Shown one piece after another: positions 1 through 10,800 of a stretch of DNA of 56,249 nt; position 1 is the first letter of the stretch; each line of letters begins with the position of its first letter. The notes beneath the pieces are model-generated. The model was given only the letters and a program-made list of their open reading frames with translations, was not told the origin of the DNA and ran no database searches. The position numbers were made by a program, and so were the translations under genes. The stretch spans positions 1 through 56,249 of the forward strand of contig JAVBNP010000007.1 in NCBI GenBank assembly GCA_031551455.1, read 5' to 3'. The DNA is from Bacteroidales bacterium. Lineage in GTDB: Bacteria > Bacteroidota > Bacteroidia > Bacteroidales > UBA4181.

Positions 1-1
1 C

Positions 2-823
2 GAAAAAGTGATCGTGTACCTCAACGGTCAGTTGGTGACGGACAATGTGACGCTCGAAAATTATTGGGATCGTAAGTTACCCATTTTCGAGAAAGACGCC
101 ATCGAGTTGCAGGCGCACGGCGAACGGGTGGAATATCGCGACATCTACGTCCGCGAGATTCCCCGCCCCGAACCTTACCGGGTGTCGGATGCCGAGAAAG
201 CCGAAGGTTTCGTGCCGATGTTCAACGGCATCGATATGTCGGGTTGGGTTGGAAATCTGAAAGATTACATTGCGCGCGACGGCATGATCGTGTGTGATCC
301 CGCACAAGGCGGTCGCGGAAATCTGTATACCGATAAAGAATATTCGGACTTTACGATGCGTTTCGATTTTCTGCTGACGCCCGCCGCCAACAACGGTTTG
401 GGCATTCGCACTCCGCTTGAAGGAGATGCGGCATACGTAGGCATGGAATTGCAAATACTCGATAATGAGGCCGATGTATATAAGGATCTCAAGGCATATC
501 AGTATCACGGATCGGTATACGGAGTGATTCCCGCCAAACGCGGTTATCTGAAACCGGTGGGTGAATGGAACACGCAGGAAGTAATTGCCAAAGGCAACCG
601 TATCAAAATAACACTCAACGGAACGGTGATTTTGGACGGCGACATTGCCGAAGCCAGCAAAAACTTTACGCAACCTGTCGATGGACAAAAACATCCCGGA
701 TTGTCCAACAAAAGCGGACATATCGGATTCCTCGGTCATGGTTCGGAAGTGTCATTTAGAAATCTTAGGATAAAAGATATGTCGAAACCCGAACCGGCAA
801 AGTCGACAAAAAAGAAAAAATAA
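2..823 (+). CDS. DUF1080 (3-keto-disaccharide hydrolase) family protein, 5'-truncated by the window edge
   Basis: Frame is open from base 2. End of one DUF1080 domain (IELQAHGERVEYRDIYVRE) then a full one (MFNGIDMSGW, NNGLGIR, MELQILDN, GEWN, GHIGFLGHG, FRNLRIK). Confidence 0.85.
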   Translation, partial: EKVIVYLNGQLVTDNVTLENYWDRKLPIFEKDAIELQAHGERVEYRDIYVREIPRPEPYRVSDAEKAEGFVPMFNGIDMSGWVGNLKDYIARDGMIVCDPAQGGRGNLYTDKEYSDFTMRFDFLLTPAANNGLGIRTPLEGDAAYVGMELQILDNEADVYKDLKAYQYHGSVYGVIPAKRGYLKPVGEWNTQEVIAKGNRIKITLNGTVILDGDIAEASKNFTQPVDGQKHPGLSNKSGHIGFLGHGSEVSFRNLRIKDMSKPEPAKSTKKKK

Positions 824-843
824 TTAATCATTCGAGAATTTAA

Positions 844-880
844 ACGGCGCGTGCCAACGATAAAACACGCGCCGTATTTT
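844..880 (+). terminator. Intrinsic terminator-like hairpin
   Basis: ACGGCGCGTG (844-853) / CACGCGCCGT (866-875) followed by ATTTT, just after the stop at 823. Confidence 0.6.
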
Positions 881-930
881 ACGGGAATCCATCAAAACGG
901 ATATTACAGTATTACGTAAAAATTACCCTT

Positions 931-2958
931 ATGGCACTCAAAAATTTTTTTATCGGTATTCTCTCTACGGTATTATTTTCACCACTTTTTTGGTCTTGTT
1001 CCGAAAGCTCGAAGCAAATCGAATTTTACGTTTCCGTTGACGGAAGCAATCATAATCCAGGTACCCGAAGCGCGCCGGTTGCAAGTTTCGAAAAAGCGAA
1101 AGAAATCGTCCGAGCGAAATTGAAGGAAAAACCGAATAAGCCGATTGTGGTTTATTTCGGCGGCGGAGTTTATCAAACGGAGAAATCCGTCGTATTCACT
1201 TCCGAAGATTCGGGCACCGAAACGGCACCCGTTACCTACACGGCAGCCAAAGGAGAAAAAGCCGTTTTTACGGGCAGCAAGCGTCTTCAAGGTTGGAATA
1301 TATTGAAAGACGAACCGGCCTTGGCGCAATTGACTTCTTCCGTACGCGGAAAAGTTTACGTGACCAATCTCGGGGATGCCGGCATCACAAATTTGGGTGA
1401 CCCCATCGCCGAAGGAATCAGACCCGAGTTGTTTTGCAACGGTTCGTTGCAAACCTTGGCCCGTTGGCCCAATGAAGGATTCATTGTCGGGGGAAAAGCC
1501 AAAGGCAAAACCGTATTGCCTCCGACATACATCAAAGAAAGAAGAGGAACACGCGAGGGTATTTTCGATTATAAGGACAAACGTTTAAATCGTTGGACAA
1601 AAGAAAAAGAAGTTTGTTTCGGCGGTTATTGGTTTTGGGATTGGAGCGAAGAGTATCAGAAAGCGGATAAAATAGATACGATCACCCGAACCATGTACAT
1701 TCGCGAACCGTATCACAACTACGGATACAGGGACAGTTTGAAATTTTTCGGATTGAATCTGTTCTGTGAAATCGATCAGCCGAGCGAATGGTATCTCGAT
1801 CGAGACACCAAATTACTGTATTGGTATCCCCCGGAAGGAATAAATCCCGAGACGGCCGAAGTCCGTTTCACTGTTTTCAACGAATCGTACATGATCGAAA
1901 TGAAAGATTGTTCGTATGTTACGCTGCGGGGATTGGAATTTGAAGAAGGACGCGGAAACGCCATTCTGATCATGGGCGGAAAAGGTTGTCGTATTAAAGA
2001 GTGTCGCGTGGAACGTTTCGGCCGCGACGGTATCCATATTTACGACGGTTCCGACCATGGTGTTTCGGGATGTTTGTTGCGTACATTGGGTTACGGTGGT
2101 TTTAAAATTTCGGGCGGCGACAGAAAGACGCTCACTCCCGGCAATCATTTCGTGGAACATACCATCGTGGAACAATTTTCGTTATTTAAACGAACCTATG
2201 AACCGGCGGTACATTTAGCGGGATGCGGCAATCGTCTTTCCAATAATCGTTTCCGTTATTCGTCTTCTTCGGCAATGCGGTTGGAAGGTAACGATTTTCT
2301 GATCGAATATAACGAGATCGATCACGTGGTTAACGAATCGGATGATCAAGGCGGATTGGATATATTTTACAATCCTTCGTACAGGGGAATTGTCGTACAA
2401 TACAATCATTGGGCCGACATATACGGCGGTACCCGGCATGGAGCCGCAGGAGTTAGGTTGGATGACATGATTTCCGGAATGTACATATACGGAAATATCT
2501 TCGAACGTTGCGGTTCGCACGATTTCGGTGCGATACAGATACACGGCGGCAAAGAAAACAAGATCGACAACAATCTGTTTTACAAATGTCCGTCAGCCGT
2601 CAGTTTTGAAGGTTACGGTAAAAAATGGTTCGAAGCGATGGATCGACCGGAGGTGCAAAAGAAACTTTACGAAGAAGTGGACATTGATTCTCCGACATAT
2701 TTGGAAAAATACCCGGATTTGAAGAATATCCGTACCAATATCGACATTAATTCGGCTGCCGATAATTTGGTTGTCGGATGCGAAAAAACATTCACGAGGA
2801 TGGTCGATTTGCAAATTCTTTCGAACAATACTTCCATTCCCGATAACGGAAAAGATCTTCTCTATTTCTGCGCTCCGGAGGTGCTGGAAAAGTACGGTTT
2901 GAAACCCATACCTTATCAAAAGATCGGACCGAAACTGAACCCGTGGCTCAACAAATGA
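931..2958 (+). CDS. Right-handed beta-helix lipoprotein, GH141-like putative glycoside hydrolase
   Basis: Lipoprotein signal (LFWSC), FYVSVDGS..NPGT..AP start, LARWPN, DQGGLDI and GVRLDD beta-helix motifs. Confidence 0.65.
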   Translation: MALKNFFIGILSTVLFSPLFWSCSESSKQIEFYVSVDGSNHNPGTRSAPVASFEKAKEIVRAKLKEKPNKPIVVYFGGGVYQTEKSVVFTSEDSGTETAPVTYTAAKGEKAVFTGSKRLQGWNILKDEPALAQLTSSVRGKVYVTNLGDAGITNLGDPIAEGIRPELFCNGSLQTLARWPNEGFIVGGKAKGKTVLPPTYIKERRGTREGIFDYKDKRLNRWTKEKEVCFGGYWFWDWSEEYQKADKIDTITRTMYIREPYHNYGYRDSLKFFGLNLFCEIDQPSEWYLDRDTKLLYWYPPEGINPETAEVRFTVFNESYMIEMKDCSYVTLRGLEFEEGRGNAILIMGGKGCRIKECRVERFGRDGIHIYDGSDHGVSGCLLRTLGYGGFKISGGDRKTLTPGNHFVEHTIVEQFSLFKRTYEPAVHLAGCGNRLSNNRFRYSSSSAMRLEGNDFLIEYNEIDHVVNESDDQGGLDIFYNPSYRGIVVQYNHWADIYGGTRHGAAGVRLDDMISGMYIYGNIFERCGSHDFGAIQIHGGKENKIDNNLFYKCPSAVSFEGYGKKWFEAMDRPEVQKKLYEEVDIDSPTYLEKYPDLKNIRTNIDINSAADNLVVGCEKTFTRMVDLQILSNNTSIPDNGKDLLYFCAPEVLEKYGLKPIPYQKIGPKLNPWLNK

Positions 2959-2975
2959 GGTTTCACAAAATGCAT

Positions 2976-3008
2976 AAAAAACGCACGGAATTGATTCCGT
3001 GCGTTTTT
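2976..3008. terminator. Bidirectional intrinsic terminator
   Basis: AAAAAACGCACGGAAT-TG-ATTCCGTGCGTTTTT between convergent genes. Confidence 0.85.
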
Positions 3009-3135
3009 GTTTATTCGGGACACTTAAAAGGTAACTCCTCTCCCGGCCCGGCGGCAATAAAAACCGAATGGTTTTTATGCGTTTGTATTCGATAAAATCC
3101 GACGGGTCTTGAAGATCTGCCGGATTATTGCATCA

Positions 3136-4539
3136 TTAATACCGATAATGTTCAGGTTTATACGGACCGTCGGCAGATACTCCGATGTATGCCGCTTGCT
3201 CGTCGGTTAATTTTGTCAATTTAACGCCGAGTTGTTCCAAATGCAACCGCGCCACTTCTTCGTCCAACTTTTTCGACAGACGATATACATCTATTTCGTA
3301 TTTGTTGTTCCATAAATCGAGCTGCGCTAATGTTTGGTTGCTGAACGAATTGCTCATCACAAACGACGGGTGTCCCGTGGCACAACCGAGATTAACCAAC
3401 CGCCCTTCGGCAAGCAGGAAAATCGCATGTCCGTCGGGGAACACATATTTATCCACCTGCGGTTTGATGTTGATTTTCTTGATGCCCGGATATTGTTCCA
3501 ACTTATCTACTTGTATTTCGTTATCAAAATGCCCGATGTTGCAAACAATTGCCTGATCTTTCATGGCGGCTATATGATCAATGGTGATCACATCCTTGTT
3601 GCCGGTGGTCGTAACAAAGATATTACCTTCCTTCACGGCTTCTTCCATGGTGGCTACTTCAAAACCTTCCATGGCGGCTTGCAGTGCGCAAATGGGATCG
3701 ATTTCGGTAACGATGGTACGCGCACCATATGCTCTCATTGACTTTGCACAACCTTTTCCGACGTCGCCGTAACCCAATACCACAACAACTTTTCCGGCAA
3801 TCATCACGTCGGTGGCACGTTTGATACCGTCGGCCAATGATTCGCGACATCCGTACAAATTATCGAATTTCGATTTGGTTACCGAATCGTTCACGTTAAT
3901 GGCCGGGAAAAGAAGCTCTCCCCGTTCTTTCATTTGGTACAAACGATGCACACCGGTAGTTGTTTCTTCCGACACACCCCGCATTTCCTTTACCATGCGA
4001 TGCCATTTACCCGAATCCGCTGCTAACGTCTTTTTCAAAAGATCAAGAATGACGCCTTCTTCCTTGTTGGAAGGTTTACGATCGATCGTTTTCGGATCGT
4101 TTTCGGCCTTGTAGCCCCAATGAATCAACAAAGTAGCATCTCCGCCGTCATCCACGATCAAGTTGGGCCCCAAACCTCCGTCGAAAGTGAGTGCCTGTTC
4201 GGTGCACCACCAATATTCTTCCAAGGTTTCGCCTTTCCAAGCAAATACCGGAATGCCCACGGCGGCAATGGCTGCGGCGGCATGGTCCTGCGTGGAAAAA
4301 ATGTTGCAACTCGCCCAACGTACTTCGGCGCCCAATGCCGACAATGTTTCAATCAACACGGCGGTTTGGATGGTCATGTGTAACGAACCGGTAATACGGG
4401 CTCCCTTCAACGGTTTTTGCGATGCATACTTTCTGCGAATAGCCATCAAACCGGGCATTTCCTTTTCGGCAATTTCAATTTCCTTTCGTCCGAAATCGGC
4501 CAACCCGATATCAGCTACTTTATACTGTTGTTTGTTCAT
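3136..4539 (-). CDS. ahcY: Adenosylhomocysteinase
   Basis: [58 protein letters not shown]-terminal KPEHYRY. Confidence 0.98.
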   Translation of the reverse strand: MNKQQYKVADIGLADFGRKEIEIAEKEMPGLMAIRRKYASQKPLKGARITGSLHMTIQTAVLIETLSALGAEVRWASCNIFSTQDHAAAAIAAVGIPVFAWKGETLEEYWWCTEQALTFDGGLGPNLIVDDGGDATLLIHWGYKAENDPKTIDRKPSNKEEGVILDLLKKTLAADSGKWHRMVKEMRGVSEETTTGVHRLYQMKERGELLFPAINVNDSVTKSKFDNLYGCRESLADGIKRATDVMIAGKVVVVLGYGDVGKGCAKSMRAYGARTIVTEIDPICALQAAMEGFEVATMEEAVKEGNIFVTTTGNKDVITIDHIAAMKDQAIVCNIGHFDNEIQVDKLEQYPGIKKINIKPQVDKYVFPDGHAIFLLAEGRLVNLGCATGHPSFVMSNSFSNQTLAQLDLWNNKYEIDVYRLSKKLDEEVARLHLEQLGVKLTKLTDEQAAYIGVSADGPYKPEHYRY

Positions 4540-4549
4540 GATATTATGT

Positions 4550-5488
4550 TTACGATAAAATTTTCAAGATCGTTTCTTTATCTCGATTCAGTTGTTCGGC
4601 CAGCCGACTCATATTTTCAAAATCGATATCATTTCTTATACGATGCGTTAACGCAAAAGTTACCTCCCGACCATATATTTGCTCATCGAAATCGAAAATA
4701 TTTACTTCAACATGTCGGGTCGCATTTTGTTCCTTCAACACGGGCCGTTTGCCGATATACATCATGCCGAGACGGTCGAATGTCCCGAAGCGGGCATTTT
4801 CGACATTAACTTTTACACGATATACACCTTCCTTCGGAACAAGTTTATACGACGGTGTTTCGATGTTTGCCGTCGGAAAACCGATGGTTCGTCCCAATCG
4901 ATTACCGGGAATAACCTTACCGGAAATAACATATTCATACCCCAACGTGTCGTTGGCAGATTGCAGATCTCCATTTACAAGCAGCTTTCGGATAAGCGAA
5001 GAACTGATTTTTTGATCGAGCATTTTCAAATCGACAACTTCCGTTTTCAAATTTCCGTCGGAAATAAACTCCGGCAAATGTTCCGCATCACCGCTTCGGT
5101 TTTTTCCAAATCGATGATCCCGCCCCACCACCAATCGGTGTGCATTCAATTTTCCGATAACGACGTCGCGAATAAAATCGGAAGCCGACATTTGCGACAA
5201 CGTTCGGTCGAACGGAAATATCACGATATCGTCCACTCCAGTTTGCGTCAGAAGGGCTATTTTTTCTTCGAGCGAATTAAGCAGTAACGGAGCATCGCCC
5301 GGCAGATCAAGCACCTGCCTCGGATGTGGCCAAAAAGTAACCGCAACCGACCTGCCGCCGTATTCGCGCGCCATATCGATCACACGTTGAAGCAACATTC
5401 GATGTCCGCAATGCACGCCGTCAAAACTGCCTACGGTGACTATCGATCGTTCGATGTTCGGATGATCCGTATTTCGATATATCGCCAA
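4550..5488 (-). CDS. ribF: Bifunctional riboflavin kinase / FAD synthetase
   Basis: [36 protein letters not shown] start; ends 10 bp before ahcY. Confidence 0.95.
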   Translation of the reverse strand: MAIYRNTDHPNIERSIVTVGSFDGVHCGHRMLLQRVIDMAREYGGRSVAVTFWPHPRQVLDLPGDAPLLLNSLEEKIALLTQTGVDDIVIFPFDRTLSQMSASDFIRDVVIGKLNAHRLVVGRDHRFGKNRSGDAEHLPEFISDGNLKTEVVDLKMLDQKISSSLIRKLLVNGDLQSANDTLGYEYVISGKVIPGNRLGRTIGFPTANIETPSYKLVPKEGVYRVKVNVENARFGTFDRLGMMYIGKRPVLKEQNATRHVEVNIFDFDEQIYGREVTFALTHRIRNDIDFENMSRLAEQLNRDKETILKILS

Positions 5489-5520
5489 AATATATTTTCA
5501 AGAAGTTTTTGAATTGCCGG

Positions 5521-5528
5521 CAAAGTTA
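5521..5528 (-). promoter_or_regulatory. Bacteroidota sigma-A -7 element for ribF-ahcY
   Basis: Minus-strand TAACTTTG matches TAnnTTTG about 33 bp upstream of ribF. -33 element unclear. Confidence 0.55.
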
Positions 5529-5583
5529 ATCTTTTTTGACAAGCCGAAACTAACGAACAACTCATCATAAAGGATAAAATCCG

Positions 5584-5591
5584 TACCTTTG
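5584..5591 (+). promoter_or_regulatory. Bacteroidota sigma-A -7 element for the S8 protease
   Basis: TACCTTTG matches TAnnTTTG, 21 bp before ATG 5613. -33 element unclear. Confidence 0.55.
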
Positions 5592-5612
5592 CCCGTCAAC
5601 ATCGAAACCATC

Positions 5613-7091
5613 ATGATTTTCGGCAAAACAAAAAAGCGGTTACGTGCGGGTATATTTATCGGCTTGCTTCTGATGCAAACACCTTTGTTGTCGGCGCAAA
5701 TACATGTGGCTCCCGACAGATATCGCATTGAGTTTACCGACAAGAAACACAATGACTTTTCGATTGATTCGCCTCGTTATTTTCTTTCGGAACGGGCATT
5801 ACAACGTCGCGAAAAACAAGGCATCCGGATAACGACGGCCGATTTACCGGTAAGCAGGTATTACACGGACAGTTTGGCGAAAATAAATATCGAAGTGTTA
5901 CATACGTCCCGATGGTTTAATTCGGCAATCGTACGCTGCTCGACCGAAAGCATTGAAAAACTCAAGAAAATCAACTTTATCAAACATACTTCGACGATTC
6001 GGAGCGATTACACCGACGAAAACATTGTTGATACAACCCGGTATCCGAAAATATCGTTTCCGTATCTTCATCAAAAAGAAGACGAATACAACGATGACGT
6101 TTTGTATGCCGCCTCCTCGGAATATTACGGACAAGCAGCCGACCAAATCGGAATGATGAATGGACAATGTTTGCACGAACGCGGATTTCGCGGGAAAGGT
6201 ATGTTGATTGCGGTAATCGACGGCGGATTTTATAATGCGGAGAAGCTTTCGGGATTCAACAAATTGCGGCGGGAAGGACGACTTCGGCCAATCAAAAATT
6301 TCACCGTTGACGGCGATAGTATATCCGAATTTAACAACCACGGCACCAACGTACTGTCGATCATTGCCGCCGATCTTCCGGGACAAATGGTCGGTTCGGC
6401 TCCCGATGCCGATTACGTGTTGATTCGATCGGAAGAATTCGCCGGCGAATATCTTGTCGAAGAAGATAATTGGATTGCCGCCGCGGAATATGCCGACAGC
6501 ACGGGAGCCGATATCATTACATCGTCGTTGGGTTATTCCGTTTTCGACGACGAGTCGCAAAATCATGTTTACGGGGACTTGGACGGACAAACTCTTCGCA
6601 TGTCGCGGGCTGCCGCAATGGCCGCCGCACGGGGAATGATTGTTTGCGTGAGCGCGGGAAACGACGGCGATACTTTTTGGAAATATATTTCCGTGCCCGC
6701 CGATGCGGACAGCATCGTAACAGTCGGCGCGGTGGACAGAACGGGCCTATATGCTCCGTTCAGTTCGGTGGGGCTTACCGCCGACGGACGTATTAAACCC
6801 GATTTGACGGCAACCGGTAAAGGAACAGCTTATCAAAATTCCCGGGGAAATATCGTCAGAGGAAACGGAACATCTTATGCCACGCCTTTGCTGGCGGGAT
6901 TAATGGCCTGTCTGTGGCAAGCATTTCCCGATAAAGGAAACATGGAAATCATTGAAATGGTGAAACAATCGGCTAACCGATATCACGAGCCGGATGTTTT
7001 TTACGGTTACGGTATCCCCGATTTCTCAAAATTGATGGAACCAACCGATATATTACCCGAAATTGCCGACAAAATTCAACGTATTCGGTAA
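5613..7091 (+). CDS. Secreted S8 (subtilisin-like) serine peptidase
   Basis: Signal peptide, triad motifs VIDGGF, HGTNVLS, GTSYATP, oxyanion SAGNDG. ATG 5613 preferred to TTG 5589, which lies inside the promoter element. Confidence 0.92.
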   Translation: MIFGKTKKRLRAGIFIGLLLMQTPLLSAQIHVAPDRYRIEFTDKKHNDFSIDSPRYFLSERALQRREKQGIRITTADLPVSRYYTDSLAKINIEVLHTSRWFNSAIVRCSTESIEKLKKINFIKHTSTIRSDYTDENIVDTTRYPKISFPYLHQKEDEYNDDVLYAASSEYYGQAADQIGMMNGQCLHERGFRGKGMLIAVIDGGFYNAEKLSGFNKLRREGRLRPIKNFTVDGDSISEFNNHGTNVLSIIAADLPGQMVGSAPDADYVLIRSEEFAGEYLVEEDNWIAAAEYADSTGADIITSSLGYSVFDDESQNHVYGDLDGQTLRMSRAAAMAAARGMIVCVSAGNDGDTFWKYISVPADADSIVTVGAVDRTGLYAPFSSVGLTADGRIKPDLTATGKGTAYQNSRGNIVRGNGTSYATPLLAGLMACLWQAFPDKGNMEIIEMVKQSANRYHEPDVFYGYGIPDFSKLMEPTDILPEIADKIQRIR

Positions 7092-7127
7092 AATCCGTCA
7101 TGCGGGTTTTACCGGATACATCGATTC

Positions 7128-7547
7128 TTATTTTTTCCCTTCGACGTATTTTTTGAAGTTTTTCAAAACAGCTTGCCAACCTTCTTGTTGCATTTCAACG
7201 GGATATTCGTTTTCCGCTTCAAAAGTTTCAACCACTTTTGTTTGACGCTCATTTCGAAAAAACATAACGTAAACTTTTCGTTCGTCGTCAAGGATATAAT
7301 CGAGTTTTTCTCCGGATATCACATCCCGGTAAGTTCCACCGAAATCAAATCCCGAACTGCCGTTTTTGGCTTCCATCCGATAAACAAATCGTCCGCCCGC
7401 ACGAAGGTCATTTTCCGCTCGGGTTGTGTGCCAATCATCCGAAGCGGCATTCCATTTCACGATATCGGCAGGCGTTGTCCAACATTTCCACACCGTCTCC
7501 AAAGATGCACGGATGGTTACTTCCACGGTAATCTTTGTTTTTATCAT
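7128..7547 (-). CDS. SRPBCC/AHSA1 (START-like) domain protein
   Basis: VWKCWTTP, WNAASDDW, DLRAGG.F.YRMEAK, MQQEGWQAVL.NFK. Confidence 0.88.
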   Translation of the reverse strand: MIKTKITVEVTIRASLETVWKCWTTPADIVKWNAASDDWHTTRAENDLRAGGRFVYRMEAKNGSSGFDFGGTYRDVISGEKLDYILDDERKVYVMFFRNERQTKVVETFEAENEYPVEMQQEGWQAVLKNFKKYVEGKK

Positions 7548-7636
7548 ATCTTGTCATATTTTGATTGATATGGTAATTTATTTTTTCGTTTCCGCAAAAC
7601 CATATACGATTATCGATGTTATTTACTCGAAAGTGA

Positions 7637-7661
7637 AACAATCTTGTGTATCTGTTTGTTC
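7637..7661 (-). promoter_or_regulatory. ECF-type promoter candidate GAAC-N17-TGTT
   Basis: Minus strand GAACAAACAGATACACAAGATTGTT; same architecture at 37985-38009. Confidence 0.45.
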
Positions 7662-7869
7662 AAGGCAAAATAAGGCTCATGTGCCGGTATATCCGCACAA
7701 AATAGGCAATTTTAAATATCCTGAACAATAATTTCTATATTTATCCCTTTTTTGAAACCAAGTGATTATACGATAATCGATATATTATCAGCATTTTACT
7801 TGCAAACAAACCGGGTTAATGTAACGTTATGAATCGTATTGCCAAAAGAAACAAAGGCATTTTCGGGAT

Positions 7870-10800
7870 ATGAACAAGGTCGGGAAAATAAAACGATCGA
7901 AAATGACGAGACGAAAAATCACGTTGTGCTTTGTTATTATTGTTCAATTTTTAACGGTTTGGGGACAAGATAACATCGGCCTTTACAATTTCTCTTACTA
8001 CGGCAGCAAAGAAGGATTACCGCAAGAAGATATTTTATCGATATATCAAGATCGAAAGGGGTATGTATGGTTTGGAACGCAATCGGGAGCGGCGCGTTAC
8101 AACGGCCGAAACACCAAATTATACTCCACAGCTAACGGATTGGCGCATAATTCCGTATTCGATATCGCGCAAGATGCCGCCGGAATCGTTTATTTTGCCA
8201 CACCCAACGGAATATCCGTTCTCGAAAACGATTCGTTGCGTACCGTTTTTCAAGGGAACATGTTCAACTTTATTTTTGTCGACAAGAATAATCGCAAATG
8301 GTTTTACGGCGAAAAAGAGTGTGCATTACTGACGGCCGACGGAAAGCAGGTTGATATTGATGAGAAGTTGAAAAGGAATTTTCAACGTATTTATTCGGTT
8401 GCTCAACATCCCGATTCTTCTTCGATATATCTTGCCACCGACAAAGGATTGTTCTATTTGACCGAAAATTACGATTGCATCGAAATCCTTTCCTCGTCCG
8501 AAATCTATTCCCTGTATGTAGATAACGAATCATTTCTCTGGATAGCCGGAGAAAATCAATTGCATCGGGTACCGCTTTCCCGGGTTCGGCCGAATATGAA
8601 ATTATACCATGAGGATCTCTATCCGTTCGTCAAACAGAGAATAAAGAAAATCACGCAAGCGGCGGATTGCAGCATTTGGGGCATTACCGGCGGATTTGCT
8701 TTTCAAATAGATTCATTCGATCGGTCTCCCGAAATCTATAATCGGGCAAACGGGTTAGCGGGTTACACGCTGTACAGCTTATTGTGCGATTATGAGAACA
8801 ATACATGGATCGGTCTTTCCGGCGGACTTCAAAAATTGGGCGACAAAAGTGTTCGCAAGCTTGCCTCCGATGAGTTAAACGGATACATTACCGCTTTGCA
8901 CGAAGACAAAAAAGGACGAATTTGGTTTGCGGTAGACAACATTGTTTGTTACATATTCAATAATGAGATTATCAAATTTTCCGAACGGCTGTTTCCCGTG
9001 TCATCCGAATATAAGTCGATTTCAACGACAAAATTTTCCGACGGGAATATATTGATCGTTCACCCGCTCGGCTTAGGTGTAATCGACGTCAATACGTTAT
9101 CGGTGATTTACACCCGTCATTTCGAAAAACCGATTGAATACGTCGAATGCGCTTATGTTTCTTCGAAAAATGAAATTTTTATTTCCGATTCGTACAACGG
9201 TCTTTTGTATTACCTGTCCGATTACACCTCACCCTCGAAGAAATTCGATTCGGATGTTTCCTCGGGTGTTTATATGTTTGCCGAATATCAAGGACGAGTT
9301 ATGGCAGCAAACCATGCGGGACTGTGCGCATTCAACGGCACTTCCTTCGAACAGGAACTTACGTTGGATCATTCCGCTTGGAGTCTTTTTGCCTCGGGCG
9401 ACAGCCTGTGGCTGGGAACGGAAAACGGATTGGGACTGTATCGATCGGGGATGCTTCATTATCTTACCGAAGGCGCCGTAAATTCAATTTGTCACGGACG
9501 AGATGCTGATCATCTGTGGGTCGGCAGGAATGACGGAACTTATTACATCAACCTGAATACCGGCCGACAAGAAATAAAAATTACCAATAAAACGGGATTG
9601 CCTCATAACGAAATCAGCGTCGGAGCTTTGATACAAGACAAAAACGAACTGTTGTGGATGGGGACCTATCACGGAATGGCCGTGTTCGATTATAAAAAGC
9701 TACCGCATTTTTTTACCGCACCGCGCAACGATTTAGTTATCAAACAAAACGGTGTCGAAGTCGGCAAACTCGATCCGAACGCTCTTCCGGCATTCAATCA
9801 TTCCGTGCAATTCGATATGACGGCTTTATCGTTCGTTTACGAATCGGACAACATTTACGAATATTCTTTAAAAGGCAGTTCCAAAGACAGCTTATCCGTT
9901 ATGGGTAAAGAATCAACGGTAAGATACGTTAATCTGCCTCCGGGCGAATACACATTCACGTTTCGCAGTAAAGGAGCATCCGATATTTGGAGCAATTATA
10001 CCTATGTTCGATTTACCGTTTCCAAACCGTTTTGGATGCAATGGTGGTTTTACGCGGTTTGTTTTTTGGCGGCTTGCGGACTGCTCTACCTGCTCATTCG
10101 AGGATACATCGGCATATTGCAGCAAAGAAATAAAACGTTGGAAGCAACCGTAGCCGAACGTACCGCTCAGATACAAAGCAAAAGCGATGAAATTGGTCAA
10201 CAAAATCTGTTATTGAAAGAAGCGCGGGAAGAAATGGAAGCTCAAAACGAAGAGTTGACGGCTCAAAACAATGAACTTTTCGAAACATATTCGACCCTGC
10301 AAACCGTAAATGAGGAATTGCAATCCTACAAAAGGAATTTGGAAAAAATGGTGGCACAAAAAACCGCCGAGTTGCTCAAAGCCAAAGATAAGGCCGAAGA
10401 GTCGGACAGGCTCAAATCGGCTTTTTTGGCAAACATGTCGCACGAAATACGAACGCCCATGAACGGAATTATGGGCTTTTTGAATATCATCGAGCAAAAA
10501 AACCTTCCTCCCGAAAAATTAAAAGAATATTTTAAAATTATCAACAGCAACAGCCAACGTTTACTGAAACTGATCGATGATATTTTGGACATATCGAAAT
10601 TGGAAGTCGGACAACTTAAGATCGTAAAAGCCCCTTGCCGCCTTAACGATCTGATGCAGGAGTTGTATGTATTTTACAACGAGACCGTTTTACGAAATCC
10701 CCAAAAGAAACTCACATTGATTCTCGACGATTCGGACAATATTTCCGATTTTACCGTATACGTTGATCCCAGTCGAATCAAACAGATATTGTCCAATATG

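Noticed and set aside
3136-4539. Functional link between ahcY and the LmtA-like methyltransferase
   Set aside because: About 49 kb apart in unrelated operons; ahcY is general SAM-cycle housekeeping.
4539-5589. SAH or FMN riboswitch for ahcY/ribF
   Set aside because: ahcY is 10 bp from ribF and the ribF leader is about 30 nt, leaving no room or recognisable aptamer.
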